A program made the position numbers and the translations under genes. DNA of 64,000 bases from an uncultured Verrucomicrobiae bacterium (GTDB taxonomy: Bacteria; Verrucomicrobiota; Verrucomicrobiia; Chthoniobacterales; Chthoniobacteraceae), in assembly GCA_963836755.1 (NCBI GenBank), contig CAWIKF010000001.1, forward strand, positions 160,001 through 224,000. Reading direction: 5' to 3'. Below the pieces are notes generated by a model. It did not search any database and had not been told where the DNA came from. It was given only the letters and a program-made list of their open reading frames with translations. Shown piece after piece: positions 38,044-48,336 of the stretch; within the stretch, counting starts at the first letter, position 1; each line of letters begins with the position of its first letter.

Positions 38044-39081
38044 TTAGAAGCGGCTGTAGAGCCAGCGGTAGGGAAATTTGTCGCCGGGGCAATCGGTCGG
38101 CCATTGCGGCGGATTGATGTCCTTGTGCGCCTTCACGATTGCTTCCTTGCGATCGATGGTGCCGACGCGCTTGCGCAGATAGCGGATCAATTCGTCGAGT
38201 GCTGCAAGCTGCTCCGGCCGCGGCGTGTCGCGGTTAAAATCGCCGACGAGGCAGATGCCGAGCGCGATGTTGTTTAAATAGTCACTGTGGACATGGCCGC
38301 CGTTGATCTGGCGCGTCCAGCGGCTGCCGATCTCGATTTGGCCGTTGCCCGACGAGGAGCCGTTGCCGATGACGAAATGATACGCGAGGCCGTTCGGCAT
38401 CTTGCGCGTGTGCAGGTGGTAGTAGTCGAAAATTTTTGCGTTGCCCTGTCGCGTGCCGCTGTTGTGAACCACGATGTAGCGCCAGCGGTGCCGCGCGACC
38501 GGCGCGCGATCGATCGCTTCGCGGATGGACCGGGTGAGGTATTTGTATTTCGAGTCGTCGCCGCCGTTGAAACCAAACTGCCACCAATGATGTTTCGGCG
38601 CTGGAGGCGGCGGAGGTTCGAGACCGGTGGCTTCATCGAGCCCGGACTTTTCGATCGTGACCGGAGCCGGCTTCAAAGCAGTCGCGCGTTGACTGGGCGG
38701 AGTCGGCGCGGGCGTCGGCTTCGGAGTGGCCTGCGGCAAAGGCGTGCGCGCCGGTTCCTCGGGCGTCTGCTCTGCTGCGGGATGCGTGTTTTTAATAGGA
38801 TGCTCTGGCTCCGGCGTTTCCTTGTGATGCGGTCGCGGCGTTTCCTCCTCAGTCGGCGACGGCTTCGCAGTCGGCGAAGAATGGGACTTCCGGTGCGGCT
38901 TTGCCTTTGGTTTCGGCTTCGGCGCGGGCGTCGCTTCCGTGTCGGCGGGGACGGTGTGCATTTCCTCGCGCGCCCGCAGAAATGCCTTTTTCTTCTCGTC
39001 GTCGGTGAGTGCGGAAAGACGGACCGGCAGGGAAATCACCACCAGGAGTAAGGTCGTGAACACCAGCAAAAATCTTCGCAC
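38044..39081 (-). CDS. N-acetylmuramoyl-L-alanine amidase (Amidase_2) with Pro-rich linker
   Basis: Signal peptide; WRYIVVHNSG, AYHFVIGNG, GICLVGDF, TDCPG. Confidence 0.9.
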   Translation of the reverse strand: MRRFLLVFTTLLLVVISLPVRLSALTDDEKKKAFLRAREEMHTVPADTEATPAPKPKPKAKPHRKSHSSPTAKPSPTEEETPRPHHKETPEPEHPIKNTHPAAEQTPEEPARTPLPQATPKPTPAPTPPSQRATALKPAPVTIEKSGLDEATGLEPPPPPAPKHHWWQFGFNGGDDSKYKYLTRSIREAIDRAPVARHRWRYIVVHNSGTRQGNAKIFDYYHLHTRKMPNGLAYHFVIGNGSSSGNGQIEIGSRWTRQINGGHVHSDYLNNIALGICLVGDFNRDTPRPEQLAALDELIRYLRKRVGTIDRKEAIVKAHKDINPPQWPTDCPGDKFPYRWLYSRF

Positions 39082-39194
39082 CCGCGGATGCTAGCAGACG
39101 ATTTTCGCCATTCAAGCCGCACCCGATTTTTCCGCGCCGCGAGCGGCGCGATTCGGTTTGTCATTGCCGCGCGCGGGAGCTATTGCGGGCGCAG

Positions 39195-40304
39195 ATGAAA
39201 AAAATCCTCATCTTCACCGCTAGCTTCGGCGAAGGCCACAACACCGCCGCATTCAGCCTGAAAGCCGCTCTGGAGCAGGTCGCGCCGGGCGAAGTGGATG
39301 CGCGCGTCCTCGACATTTTCCACATCGCATACGGCCGACGGAACGAGCTCGCGAAAAAAGCGTATCTCGCCACCATCAATCACACGCCGCGGGTTTGGTC
39401 GAAAGTTTACGACCTGCTCGACCGCACGAAAATGCTCGAGTGGAGCCTGCCGACGATGGCCGCCGCGCGCAAAACTTTGCGCGACTTACTCGAGCGCGAG
39501 AAGCCGGACGCAGTGGTCTCGACCTATCCGGTTTACAACTTTCTCCTCGGCCAAATTTTCGATGGCACGCCGCCTTTCACGCAGATCACGATCGTCACCG
39601 ATTCCATCACGGTGAACTCCGTCTGGCATCGCGCGCCGAGCGGAACTTTCATCGTGCCGAACGAAGAAACTGCCGAAGTCATGCGCGCCGCGAAAGTTCC
39701 GGCGGAGAAAATCCGCGTGCTCGGATTTCCCGTCACACCTCGCTTCGCGGCCAATGACCACCTGCGGCTCGTCCCGTCGGACGCTGCCGGACGGCGCGTG
39801 CTTTACATGATTAATTTCGCAAAAGATTCTGCGCCTGCACTAGTTTGCGCGCTGTTAAACATCCGCGAGATTGAGCTGACGGTGACGGTCGGAAAGGACG
39901 AAGAACTGCGCGCGCGTGTCGAGGAGGTCGTGCGCAAATCGGGGCGCACCGTCGAGATTCACGGCTGGACGCAAAAAATGCCCGAGCTCGTCATGCGCAG
40001 CCACTTGCTGATCAGCAAGGCGGGCGGCGCGACGGTGCAGGAAGCGATCGCCGCGCGCACGCCGATGATCATCAGCCAGGTCGTTCCGGGGCAGGAGGAA
40101 GGAAATGCGCGGCTAATCGTAAACCGCAAATGCGGAGTGGTCGCTGAAACGCATGACGCGATCGTCGGCGCGGTGGAAAGCGCGTTCGCCGATGGCGGCA
40201 AAGTTTGGCGCGAATGGCACGAAAACATCTCGCAGCTCAGCCGGCCCGCGGCGGCGCTCGACATCGCGCGATTTGTCTTGTCCATCAAATCGCCGACTGC
40301 CTGA
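39195..40304 (+). CDS. MGDG synthase / UgtP-like glycosyltransferase
   Basis: ASFGEGHNTAA, ISKAGGAT, PGQEEGNA. Confidence 0.92.
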   Translation: MKKILIFTASFGEGHNTAAFSLKAALEQVAPGEVDARVLDIFHIAYGRRNELAKKAYLATINHTPRVWSKVYDLLDRTKMLEWSLPTMAAARKTLRDLLEREKPDAVVSTYPVYNFLLGQIFDGTPPFTQITIVTDSITVNSVWHRAPSGTFIVPNEETAEVMRAAKVPAEKIRVLGFPVTPRFAANDHLRLVPSDAAGRRVLYMINFAKDSAPALVCALLNIREIELTVTVGKDEELRARVEEVVRKSGRTVEIHGWTQKMPELVMRSHLLISKAGGATVQEAIAARTPMIISQVVPGQEEGNARLIVNRKCGVVAETHDAIVGAVESAFADGGKVWREWHENISQLSRPAAALDIARFVLSIKSPTA

Positions 40305-40909
40305 TGATCCGCGCGTTCATTTTCGACATCGGCAACGTGCTGCTGCGCTTCGATTTTTCGCTCGCGCAAAAACGGCTGCAATCAAGGACAGACCTTGCTT
40401 CCGAGGCACTCGTGGAGTTGTGGGAGCCGATCAAGCTCGCGTATGAAAACGGCGACATCTCACGCGTGGAATTTCAGCAACGCGTGATGGAAGTTCTGCA
40501 ATTCGCGGGCACCGAGCGGGAGTTTGTAACGGCTTGGGAGGAGATCTTTGCCGAAAACGAACCGATGTCGGAGCTGATTCGGAAGTTACACACGCGTTAT
40601 CCGCTTTTTTTGCTCTCAAACACGAGCGACTTGCACATGGATTACATCTTCCGCACGTATCCCGTCTTCTCGCTTTTCAACGACGCCGTTTATTCCTACC
40701 GTGCAAAATGTTCGAAACCGGGGCGTGAGATTTTCGAAATTGCCGTTCGGCAATTCGGCGTCACGCCGTCCAAAACGATTTACATCGACGATCTCGCCCC
40801 GAACGTGGAAACGGCTCTGCAGCTAGGTTTCCGGGCGATTCAATACGATCCCGACGATCACGCGTCGCTTCTCGATGCCCTCGCGCTTGCCGGCGTCGAC
40901 TGCGCCTGA
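40304..40909 (+). CDS. HAD family phosphatase (YihX-like)
   Basis: FDIGNVL, LLSNT, KP, YIDD. Confidence 0.92.
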   Translation: MIRAFIFDIGNVLLRFDFSLAQKRLQSRTDLASEALVELWEPIKLAYENGDISRVEFQQRVMEVLQFAGTEREFVTAWEEIFAENEPMSELIRKLHTRYPLFLLSNTSDLHMDYIFRTYPVFSLFNDAVYSYRAKCSKPGREIFEIAVRQFGVTPSKTIYIDDLAPNVETALQLGFRAIQYDPDDHASLLDALALAGVDCA

Positions 40910-42036
40910 TCGCGCTGCCGGAAAAACTTCAGTTGCAGCCGCGCGACGTAGGGATCGACGTGCGCGAGAACGAAATACGCCGCCCGTTCGAGCCAGCGCG
41001 TCCAGAATGAACGCGACTTCTGCCATTTGCTCGGATCAATCCGGCGGCAATATGCGAGGTCGTGCTCGAAAATTTCACGCGCCTCGTCGGATAACTTTTT
41101 GTCACACACGCGCATGAGCAACTCGTGATTGATGATGAGGCTGCGTGTGTCGAGATTCGCGGAGCCGACGCACACGAGGTCGTCGATGATGAGTAATTTC
41201 GCGTGAAGAATTTGCGGCTGATATTCAAAAATTTCCACGCCGCTGCGCAGCAGGGACTGATAAAGCCGGCGGCTTGCGAGATGCGAAACGCCCACGTCCG
41301 ACTTGCCGGCGAGGATGAGCTGGACGTGCCCGCCGCTGCGGCACACGCGCGCCATCGCTTTGCGCAGACGCCACGTCGGCAAAAAGTAGGCGCAGATGAT
41401 TTTGACGTCACGAGCCTTCGCGATGTCGGAACGCAAGATCCGGCGCAGGTGCACGCCGAGCCTGCCAGGCCCGCTCAAAAGCAGGCGCCAGCCCTCGCCC
41501 TCACTTTCGAGCTTTGTGTGCGTTTTGTTTAATAAACCCCAACGCTTTTGATGCGACGCCACAGTCTCAAAAATCTGGTCGAACGCGCGCACGAGCGCGG
41601 GAACGGGCGCGCCTAAAATCTCGAGCCCGAGGTCGCGCCAACCGTGTTTGACGCCGTCACCGTCGTAATCGTCGGCAAGGTTGAAGCCGCCGACGAACGC
41701 GAAGCGCTCATCGCAGACGAGGAGCTTGCGGTGGTTGCGATAGGAGAGGCGATGCAGGCTCAGCGGGTTGAAAAGTTTGAACTCACCGCCGGCATCGATG
41801 AGCGGCTGCCAGAAATCCGCCGGCAGGAAAATTGATCCCATCGCATCGACGAGCACGCGGACTTTGACGCCGCGCTGGCTGGCGCGAATGAGCGCTTCGC
41901 GGAACTTTTCGCCAATCCCGCCCGCGGCGAAAATGTAAGTCTCGAGCCGGATGGAAACGCTCGCTTCCTCGATCGCCGCGAGCATTTTTGTCAGCGCCTC
42001 GTGCCCCGTGCGCAGCCAACGAAACGTCCCGTCCAT
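40858..42036 (-). CDS. Phospholipase D family, cardiolipin synthase-like
   Basis: Two HKD motifs: RNHRKLLVCD and LHAKLLIID. Confidence 0.93.
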   Translation of the reverse strand: MDGTFRWLRTGHEALTKMLAAIEEASVSIRLETYIFAAGGIGEKFREALIRASQRGVKVRVLVDAMGSIFLPADFWQPLIDAGGEFKLFNPLSLHRLSYRNHRKLLVCDERFAFVGGFNLADDYDGDGVKHGWRDLGLEILGAPVPALVRAFDQIFETVASHQKRWGLLNKTHTKLESEGEGWRLLLSGPGRLGVHLRRILRSDIAKARDVKIICAYFLPTWRLRKAMARVCRSGGHVQLILAGKSDVGVSHLASRRLYQSLLRSGVEIFEYQPQILHAKLLIIDDLVCVGSANLDTRSLIINHELLMRVCDKKLSDEAREIFEHDLAYCRRIDPSKWQKSRSFWTRWLERAAYFVLAHVDPYVARLQLKFFRQRDQAQSTPASARASRSDA

Positions 42037-42042
42037 GCGGGG

Positions 42043-42513
42043 TCAGCGTGAAATATCGGCCTGACTCAAAATCCGAAAACCGTGGCTGCGCAGCACCGCG
42101 CCGGCACATTCATCGTCCTCCACGTGGAGCGCGAGCGCGCAGTTTCCGCGCGGACGCGTGAGCAGCGCGTAGCTGCCGTGGATGTTCACCTCGGCCATCA
42201 GCAGCGCGGTCAATAACTTGCCGAGTTCGTTCGCGCCTTCCTTCAACTCCACGACAACGAGGTCGCAGATCGAGCAGGGAATTTCCTGCATCGCGAAAAG
42301 TTCTTGCACGCGCTCCGGGTCGCTCACGACCACGCGGACGATCGCGGCGTCGGCGGAATCCTGCACGCTCAACGCGAGGACAAGCACCGCGTGCTCCTGC
42401 AACATTTTCACGACGTCGAGCAGCGCGCCGACTTTGTTTTTGAGGAAAATGGAAAACTGTTTGACCCGTGGGCCCTCAACTTTTTCGGTGGTGCGCGTTG
42501 ATTCGAAAGCCAT
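42043..42513 (-). CDS. ACT domain-containing protein
   Basis: QFSIFLKNKVGAL and VNIHGSY tandem-ACT pattern. Confidence 0.85.
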   Translation of the reverse strand: MAFESTRTTEKVEGPRVKQFSIFLKNKVGALLDVVKMLQEHAVLVLALSVQDSADAAIVRVVVSDPERVQELFAMQEIPCSICDLVVVELKEGANELGKLLTALLMAEVNIHGSYALLTRPRGNCALALHVEDDECAGAVLRSHGFRILSQADISR

Positions 42514-42517
42514 GTGA

Positions 42518-42946
42518 TTATTTGTAAGAATAGATGAGGCAGAAATTCGCCGGCTCGCCTTCCAGCTCCTCAATCTGCACGTAATACGGACCGCTCACGT
42601 CGGGCGAAAGCCCGGCCGCGGCGCGATTCGGATCAACATAAGGCTCGGTCGAAAGCGCCTTTCCGGTTTCGTCAAAAACCGTGACTGCAAGTTTCTGGCC
42701 CTTGTCGCTCGCGCCGACGGAAAACCAATATTGATTGCCGGCAAAAAGATTCACCTGCACGAGAAGTTTCTCTTTCGGATGGATAACGCCTGTAAAACTT
42801 CCGTCCCGCAGCTTGAATCCATCGTTTGAAAAGGCGCCGGCGAGATCGAGCACCGTTTTCCTCGCGGCAACTTCGTCATCGGTGGTCGCGCTGAGCGTCG
42901 TGGCGAACGCGCCGAAAATGAGGAGCAGGGAAGCGGCGCGAATCAT
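42518..42946 (-). CDS. Secreted hypothetical protein (beta-sandwich-like)
   Basis: Signal peptide; AGNQYWF, SGPYYVQI. Confidence 0.8.
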   Translation of the reverse strand: MIRAASLLLIFGAFATTLSATTDDEVAARKTVLDLAGAFSNDGFKLRDGSFTGVIHPKEKLLVQVNLFAGNQYWFSVGASDKGQKLAVTVFDETGKALSTEPYVDPNRAAAGLSPDVSGPYYVQIEELEGEPANFCLIYSYK

Positions 42947-43743
42947 TTTTGCATGATGCTTTTCTCGAGATCGCCCGCTGTGGCTTTCAAAGTTTTGACG
43001 GCGTCGAGCGTCGGAGTTTGATCGCGCGGAAACGAGACTTCCTGCTCAATGTCGGCGAGTTTTTTCTCCACGTTTTTCACCACTTCCTCGCTGCGCACTT
43101 TTTCCGGCAGGCTGTCGATTTTCGCGCGCAGAAATGAAACGGTCGCTGGCTGCCGGAGCAATTTTGCAGCGGGCGCCGAGTAATTGTCGGCGATCCAACT
43201 GCTCACAACTTCGGTCCCGCGAATCCAGCCGCCGAGCGTGACGAGCGTGACGAGATCCTGGTCGTGCTGCCCGTTCATCGCGATTTTGACTTCGTTTTGC
43301 GTCGCTTCCAATTCTTCTTTGAGCGCGCTCCAATCGTTGGTTTCCGCAAAATCGGTGATGCTTTTTCCGCGACTCATTACGTTTTCGCTCACGGCCAGCG
43401 CGCGCGCGAGCGTGATGATGTCTTTGCCGATATTTTTCACCTGCTGGCTGTCCTCAGCCTCGACCGCGAGATAGCCGTCGGCGATGAGACCGCCGAGGTT
43501 CAGCGCGATCTGCGGGCGGCTTGTGAATGTGGTCGGAATCGGCTGGCGATATTCCCCCTGCCAGTTTGGTTTGCCGACTTTATTGAGCGCCGCCATGAGT
43601 TCGCCGGGCGTTGGAATCGTGAGCGACTCGACCTTTGTCGCCTGCGCCATTTCCGCTGCGGTCAAATTTTTGACGCTAGCCGCGAAGCCGCATGAAATGG
43701 ACATCGCCAGCGCGACGCCCAGAATGCTTCCGCGAAAAATCAT
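42943..43743 (-). CDS. Secreted hypothetical helical protein
   Basis: Signal peptide; ALNLGGLIADG, LGGWIRG; stop overlaps the next start. Confidence 0.8.
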   Translation of the reverse strand: MIFRGSILGVALAMSISCGFAASVKNLTAAEMAQATKVESLTIPTPGELMAALNKVGKPNWQGEYRQPIPTTFTSRPQIALNLGGLIADGYLAVEAEDSQQVKNIGKDIITLARALAVSENVMSRGKSITDFAETNDWSALKEELEATQNEVKIAMNGQHDQDLVTLVTLGGWIRGTEVVSSWIADNYSAPAAKLLRQPATVSFLRAKIDSLPEKVRSEEVVKNVEKKLADIEQEVSFPRDQTPTLDAVKTLKATAGDLEKSIMQK

Positions 43744-43849
43744 GCGCGACTTTAGACCAACGCCGCACGGCATGTCAGCAGTTAATCTCGCGGCGCGGCG
43801 CGATGTGGCGGATGGAAAAGCGCGCGCGATCTGTTAGCTTCGCGCGCAC

Positions 43850-44644
43850 ATGGCCGACCAACCGGATTCACTCAAGATCGCCGACCGCGAGTTCACGTCG
43901 CGGCTGCTGCTCGGCACGGGCAAATTTTCCTCAAACCAATCGATGGCCGCTGCGCTCGCGGCCAGTGGCACGGAGATCGTGACTGTGGCATTGCGACGCG
44001 CGGATTTGTCGGGCAAAGGCGACGCATTTGCGAACATCCTCGATTTCATCGATCCGAAAAAATATCTGCTGCTGCCGAACACGAGCGGCGCGATGAATGC
44101 CGACGAAGCCGTGCGCCTGGCGCGTCTCGCCGCGGCTGCCGGACTGCCGCGCTGGGTGAAACTCGAGATCCATCCCGATCCGCGCTATCTCCTGCCGGAT
44201 GGCGTCGAAACTTTGCGCGCCGCGGAAATTTTGACGCGCGAGGGTTTCACCGTCCTGCCTTACATCAATGCCGATCCGGTGCTGGCAAAGCGTCTGCAGG
44301 ATGTTGGCGTGGCTACCGTCATGCCGCTCGGCTCTCCGATTGGCAGCAACCGCGGCATCGAGACGCGCGCGCAGATTGAAATCATCATCGAGCAGGCGAC
44401 CGTGCCCGTAGTCGTCGATGCAGGACTCGGCGCGCCGAGCCAGGCCGCGGAAGCGCTTGAAATGGGTGCCGACGCCGTTCTCGTGAATACCGCCATCGCC
44501 ATTGCCAGCGACCCGGAGCGGATGGCGATTGCATTCAAAAAAGCCGTCGAGGCTGGCCGCGATGCTTTTTTGATGGGACTTGCCGAGCCGCTTTCCGAAG
44601 CGTCGGCGACGAGTCCGCTGACCGGATTTTTGCGGAGCTCCTAG
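43850..44644 (+). CDS. thiG: Thiazole synthase
   Basis: [37 protein letters not shown]. Confidence 0.96.
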   Translation: MADQPDSLKIADREFTSRLLLGTGKFSSNQSMAAALAASGTEIVTVALRRADLSGKGDAFANILDFIDPKKYLLLPNTSGAMNADEAVRLARLAAAAGLPRWVKLEIHPDPRYLLPDGVETLRAAEILTREGFTVLPYINADPVLAKRLQDVGVATVMPLGSPIGSNRGIETRAQIEIIIEQATVPVVVDAGLGAPSQAAEALEMGADAVLVNTAIAIASDPERMAIAFKKAVEAGRDAFLMGLAEPLSEASATSPLTGFLRSS

Positions 44645-44721
44645 CCACGCGGAGAATTTCGGTCCGCCGCGCAGCAAGCGGATGACAAAACGCGGCGGAC
44701 GCGTTATGGGATTACGCGTCG

Positions 44722-45510
44722 ATGCCATTGCTCGAAGTCAAAAATCTCAAGACTTACTTCCCGGTTTACGGCGGCGTGCTCCGCCGTCACATCGATGACG
44801 TGAAGGCGGTGGACGACGTCAGTTTTTGCGTGGAGCAGGGGACGACGGTCGGGCTCGTGGGCGAAAGCGGCAGCGGCAAGACGACGATAGGCCGCACGAT
44901 TTTAAAGCTCGAGCCGGCGACATCGGGCGAAATTTTTTTCGATGGTCGCGAAATTCTCGCGATGCGCGAAAGTCAGTTCCGACCGTTGCGGCGCGAGATG
45001 CAGATGATTTTTCAAGATCCGTTCGGCTCGCTGAATCCGCGCATGACCATCGCCGCGATCGTTGGCGAAGCGCTCGAGATTCATTTTCCAAAAATGACGC
45101 GCGGCGAACGGCGCGAGCGCGTCGCGGAACTGCTGCGGCAGGTCGAGCTCAATCCCGAGATGATGGCGCGCTATCCGCACGAATTTTCCGGCGGTCAGCG
45201 GCAGCGGATCGGCATCGCACGGGCGCTGGCGGTCAAGCCGAAGTTCATCGTGTGCGATGAGGCGGTGAGCGCGCTCGACGTGAGTGTGCAGGCGTCGATC
45301 GTGAATTTGCTGCAGGATTTGCAGGAGGAACTCGGGCTCACGTATTTGTTCATCGCGCACGATCTCGCGGTGGTCGAGCACGTCAGCGATCACGTCCTCG
45401 TGATGTATCGCGGGAAGATCGTCGAGTCTGCAAGCGCCGAGGCCATTTACGAAAATCCGCAGCACGATTATACGAAAAAACTGCTCGCGGCCGTCCCGCG
45501 ATTCGCCTGA
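44722..45510 (+). CDS. Peptide-type ABC transporter ATP-binding protein (OppF-like)
   Basis: [25 protein letters not shown]. Confidence 0.93.
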   Translation: MPLLEVKNLKTYFPVYGGVLRRHIDDVKAVDDVSFCVEQGTTVGLVGESGSGKTTIGRTILKLEPATSGEIFFDGREILAMRESQFRPLRREMQMIFQDPFGSLNPRMTIAAIVGEALEIHFPKMTRGERRERVAELLRQVELNPEMMARYPHEFSGGQRQRIGIARALAVKPKFIVCDEAVSALDVSVQASIVNLLQDLQEELGLTYLFIAHDLAVVEHVSDHVLVMYRGKIVESASAEAIYENPQHDYTKKLLAAVPRFA

Positions 45511-45524
45511 TTTTTTAAAAAAAC

Positions 45525-46637
45525 ATGACACCGCTGCTGCGCAAATTTCTCGGGATGAACTGGGTGCTCTTCGGCCTGATGATGGCGCTCGCCATCTTCG
45601 GCGTGGTCGCGATCTACAGTGCGACTTTCATGCGCGACGATGTGTTCGTGCAAAACTTTTGGCGGCGCCAGGCGATGTGGGTCACGATCGGCTTCGTCGC
45701 GTTCATCGTCGCGAGCCTCGTCGATTACCGCTGGATCAAATGGGGCGCGCTGCCGATGTATCTCGCCGGGCTTGCTTTTTTAGTTTTGACGCGCTTCATC
45801 GGCTCCCGCGTTTACGGCGCGAAAAGCTGGATCAACATTGGCCCGATCAATTTCCAGCCGGCGCAGCTCGCGGTCATCGCGGGCATCATGGTGATGGCAC
45901 TTTTCCTCAGCCAATTTCGCAAAATGCATCCAATGCTGCGGCTCTTTTTCTGCGGCGCCATCTGCGGCGCGCCGATGTTGCTGATTTTGATCCAGCCCGA
46001 TTTGGGCGAAGTGATCATCTGGGCGCCGGTCATTCTCGCGATGCTCTTCGTCGGCGGAATGCCGCTTCGTTACTTGATCTGCATCATTTTGGTCGGGCTC
46101 GCCGGCATCCCGATCATGGTTTTTTTCGGCCTGAAACATTACCAATATGAGCGCATCACGGCGTTCATTAATCCCGACGTTGATCCGCAGGGATCGGCGT
46201 GGGCGATCAATCAATCGCTCATCGCGATTGGCTCCGGAGGCTGGGCTGGCAAAGGATTCAAGGCACCGAACACGCAGATCGAGCTCGGGTTTTTGCCGCA
46301 GACCGCGATTCACAACGACTACATTTTTTCGGCGATCGGCGAGCAGTGGGGCTTCCTCGGCGGTGTCGTGCTCGTGAGCGCCTTTGCGTTGCTTTTAATG
46401 ACCGGACTTTTCGTCGCATTCAAAGCGTCCGATGACCTCGGGCTCTTGATTTCGGTCGGATTCATCACGCTTATTTTCACACACATTTTCCAGAATATAG
46501 GAATGACGATTTCCATCCTGCCGATCACGGGCGTGCCGCTCCCGCTGATCAGCTACAGCGGCTCATTTGCGCTGATGATCATGTTCGCGCTCGGGCTCGT
46601 GAACAGCGTCTGGATTCATCGCAAGGCCATTGTGTAG
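45525..46637 (+). CDS. rodA: SEDS peptidoglycan polymerase, RodA-like
   Basis: GAKSWI, QPDLG, AIGSGG, HNDYIF, TGVPLPLISYSGS. Confidence 0.88.
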   Translation: MTPLLRKFLGMNWVLFGLMMALAIFGVVAIYSATFMRDDVFVQNFWRRQAMWVTIGFVAFIVASLVDYRWIKWGALPMYLAGLAFLVLTRFIGSRVYGAKSWINIGPINFQPAQLAVIAGIMVMALFLSQFRKMHPMLRLFFCGAICGAPMLLILIQPDLGEVIIWAPVILAMLFVGGMPLRYLICIILVGLAGIPIMVFFGLKHYQYERITAFINPDVDPQGSAWAINQSLIAIGSGGWAGKGFKAPNTQIELGFLPQTAIHNDYIFSAIGEQWGFLGGVVLVSAFALLLMTGLFVAFKASDDLGLLISVGFITLIFTHIFQNIGMTISILPITGVPLPLISYSGSFALMIMFALGLVNSVWIHRKAIV

Positions 46638-46642
46638 TCAGT

Positions 46643-47029
46643 TCACGGCGTCGCGATTTTTAGATATTCTTCGTTCGCGGTTTTTACAAAACGTGCGTCG
46701 CTGTCCGCCGGTTTCTGCGCGCGGTAAATGAAAAATATCTGGCTGTCGTCCATCCCAGCTTTGAGCATTTCCGTGTCGCGCGCCTTGATCTTTTGCGCGG
46801 CGATCAGCGGCTTGCCGTGGAATGTCCCGAGCGGCGTTTGCGGATCGGCGGCCGGCTTCACGAATTGTGAATCGCCGACCGCAGTTGGCTGAGTCACGTG
46901 CTCAAGTTGCGGGCGGCGGATGTCGTCGATCCACGTGAAGACACAAACGATGAACATGCCCGCAAGCATCGCGATGCCGAGGCGCGCCGCCCAAGGTGCG
47001 AATTGCAAGCTGTTATCGCTCTGTTGCAT
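46643..47029 (-). CDS. Hypothetical membrane-anchored protein
   Basis: N-terminal TM; last gene of the tyrA-aroA-cmk-plsC run. Confidence 0.7.
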   Translation of the reverse strand: MQQSDNSLQFAPWAARLGIAMLAGMFIVCVFTWIDDIRRPQLEHVTQPTAVGDSQFVKPAADPQTPLGTFHGKPLIAAQKIKARDTEMLKAGMDDSQIFFIYRAQKPADSDARFVKTANEEYLKIATP

Positions 47030-47059
47030 CAACGTTTATCCGACGAAGAAAACCTGCGC

Positions 47060-47680
47060 TCATTTTTCAGGCAGGGAAAGTGCGGCGATCCGCTCCATTA
47101 CTCGCTCGCTGAGCTTTTGGTAAAGATCGCGTCCGCTTCCGACGAGATCTTTTTCAGTAAAAAAAATCGGTTCGCCGACGACAATCGTGATCCGATGCGG
47201 CTTCGGATATTTTGCGCCCATCGGGAACGCTTCGAACGCGCCAAAGATGCGCATCGGCACCACTGGCGCCAAAGTTTTCGCGATGATCAGCCCGAGCCCG
47301 GGTTGCGCCGGCTGCAAATTCCCATCGCGCGTGCGCGAGCCTTCGGGAAAAACCGTCGTGCAATGACCGGCCTTCACAAGTTTGATCACGGTCTTCAACG
47401 CGCTCATGTCCGCGCGATCTTGGTCGACGGGCACGACGTTGAGCTTCGGAAAAATCGGACCAAGGATCGGCCATTTCAGCAAACTTTTACGCGCGAGAAA
47501 ATGAATCGGCCGTCGGCAGCAAATGCCGGCGAGCGGAGGATCGAGAAAGCTTTCGTGATTCATCGCCAGAATCGCCGGCCCGCTTTCGATGATCCGCTCG
47601 CGATGGATCACGCGGAAGCTAAACAGCGCGCGCGCCAAGAATCGCGAAAGGTTGTAGCCGAAGCGATACCAGCCGCTCAT
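47060..47680 (-). CDS. plsC: 1-acyl-sn-glycerol-3-phosphate acyltransferase
   Basis: NHESFLDP, FPEGSR. Confidence 0.9.
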   Translation of the reverse strand: MSGWYRFGYNLSRFLARALFSFRVIHRERIIESGPAILAMNHESFLDPPLAGICCRRPIHFLARKSLLKWPILGPIFPKLNVVPVDQDRADMSALKTVIKLVKAGHCTTVFPEGSRTRDGNLQPAQPGLGLIIAKTLAPVVPMRIFGAFEAFPMGAKYPKPHRITIVVGEPIFFTEKDLVGSGRDLYQKLSERVMERIAALSLPEK

Positions 47681-48336
47681 TGCGGTTGCAGTTGGAGGCC
47701 TTTCAATTTCAAGCGGCCAATGATCTCGCCCACCACGCCGTCGATCGTCAGGTGCGAGCTATCGATGACGTGAGCGTCCTCGGCGATCACGAGCGGCGAA
47801 GCTTTTCGCGAAGAATCGCGCCGGTCGCGCGTGTTGATTTCATCGGAAAGTCCCTGCAGCGCGCGCCGCCGCGCACGGACTTCGGCGGAGGCGTCTATGT
47901 AAAATTTGTAAGGCGTGTCGGGAAAAACCACGGAGCCGATGTCGCGGCCTTCCATCACGAGATTGCCGCGCTCTGCATAAGCGCGCTGCAACGCGACGAG
48001 CGTCTGCCGCACCTCCGGCAGGCTCGAGACGGTCGACACATTTTGGTTCACCGCTTCGTCGCAGAGGAATGGCGTCGGGTCGATTCCGTCGATCAGGATC
48101 GTCGACTCGGAATCGCGCAAGCCGCATTCGATTTTCATCCGAGCGAGAAGTCCGAGCACGGCGTTGAGGTCGTTTGCGTCGACTTGTTGTTGTAAAACAA
48201 ACCAAGTCACTGCGCGATACATCGCGCCGGAATTGACGTAAAGAAATTTTAGCCGGCTCGCGAGCGCTCGCGCGACGCTGCTTTTGCCAGAAGCCGCGGG
48301 GCCATCGATTGCGACGACGGTTTCCGGCACGCTCAC
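47677..48336 (-). CDS. cmk: Cytidylate kinase
   Basis: AIDGPAASGKSS, GAMYRA, MEGRDIGSVVFPD. Confidence 0.95.
   Translation of the reverse strand: MSVPETVVAIDGPAASGKSSVARALASRLKFLYVNSGAMYRAVTWFVLQQQVDANDLNAVLGLLARMKIECGLRDSESTILIDGIDPTPFLCDEAVNQNVSTVSSLPEVRQTLVALQRAYAERGNLVMEGRDIGSVVFPDTPYKFYIDASAEVRARRRALQGLSDEINTRDRRDSSRKASPLVIAEDAHVIDSSHLTIDGVVGEIIGRLKLKGLQLQPQ

Noticed and set aside
39133..39150. GC hairpin CGCGCCGCGAGCGGCGCG between divergent genes
   Set aside because: Short GC-only stems are expected by chance at this composition; no U-tract or second copy seen.
44722..45510. Solitary OppF-like ATPase as a novel system with rodA
   Set aside because: Scattered ABC subunits are common; nothing in the sequence supports a functional link.
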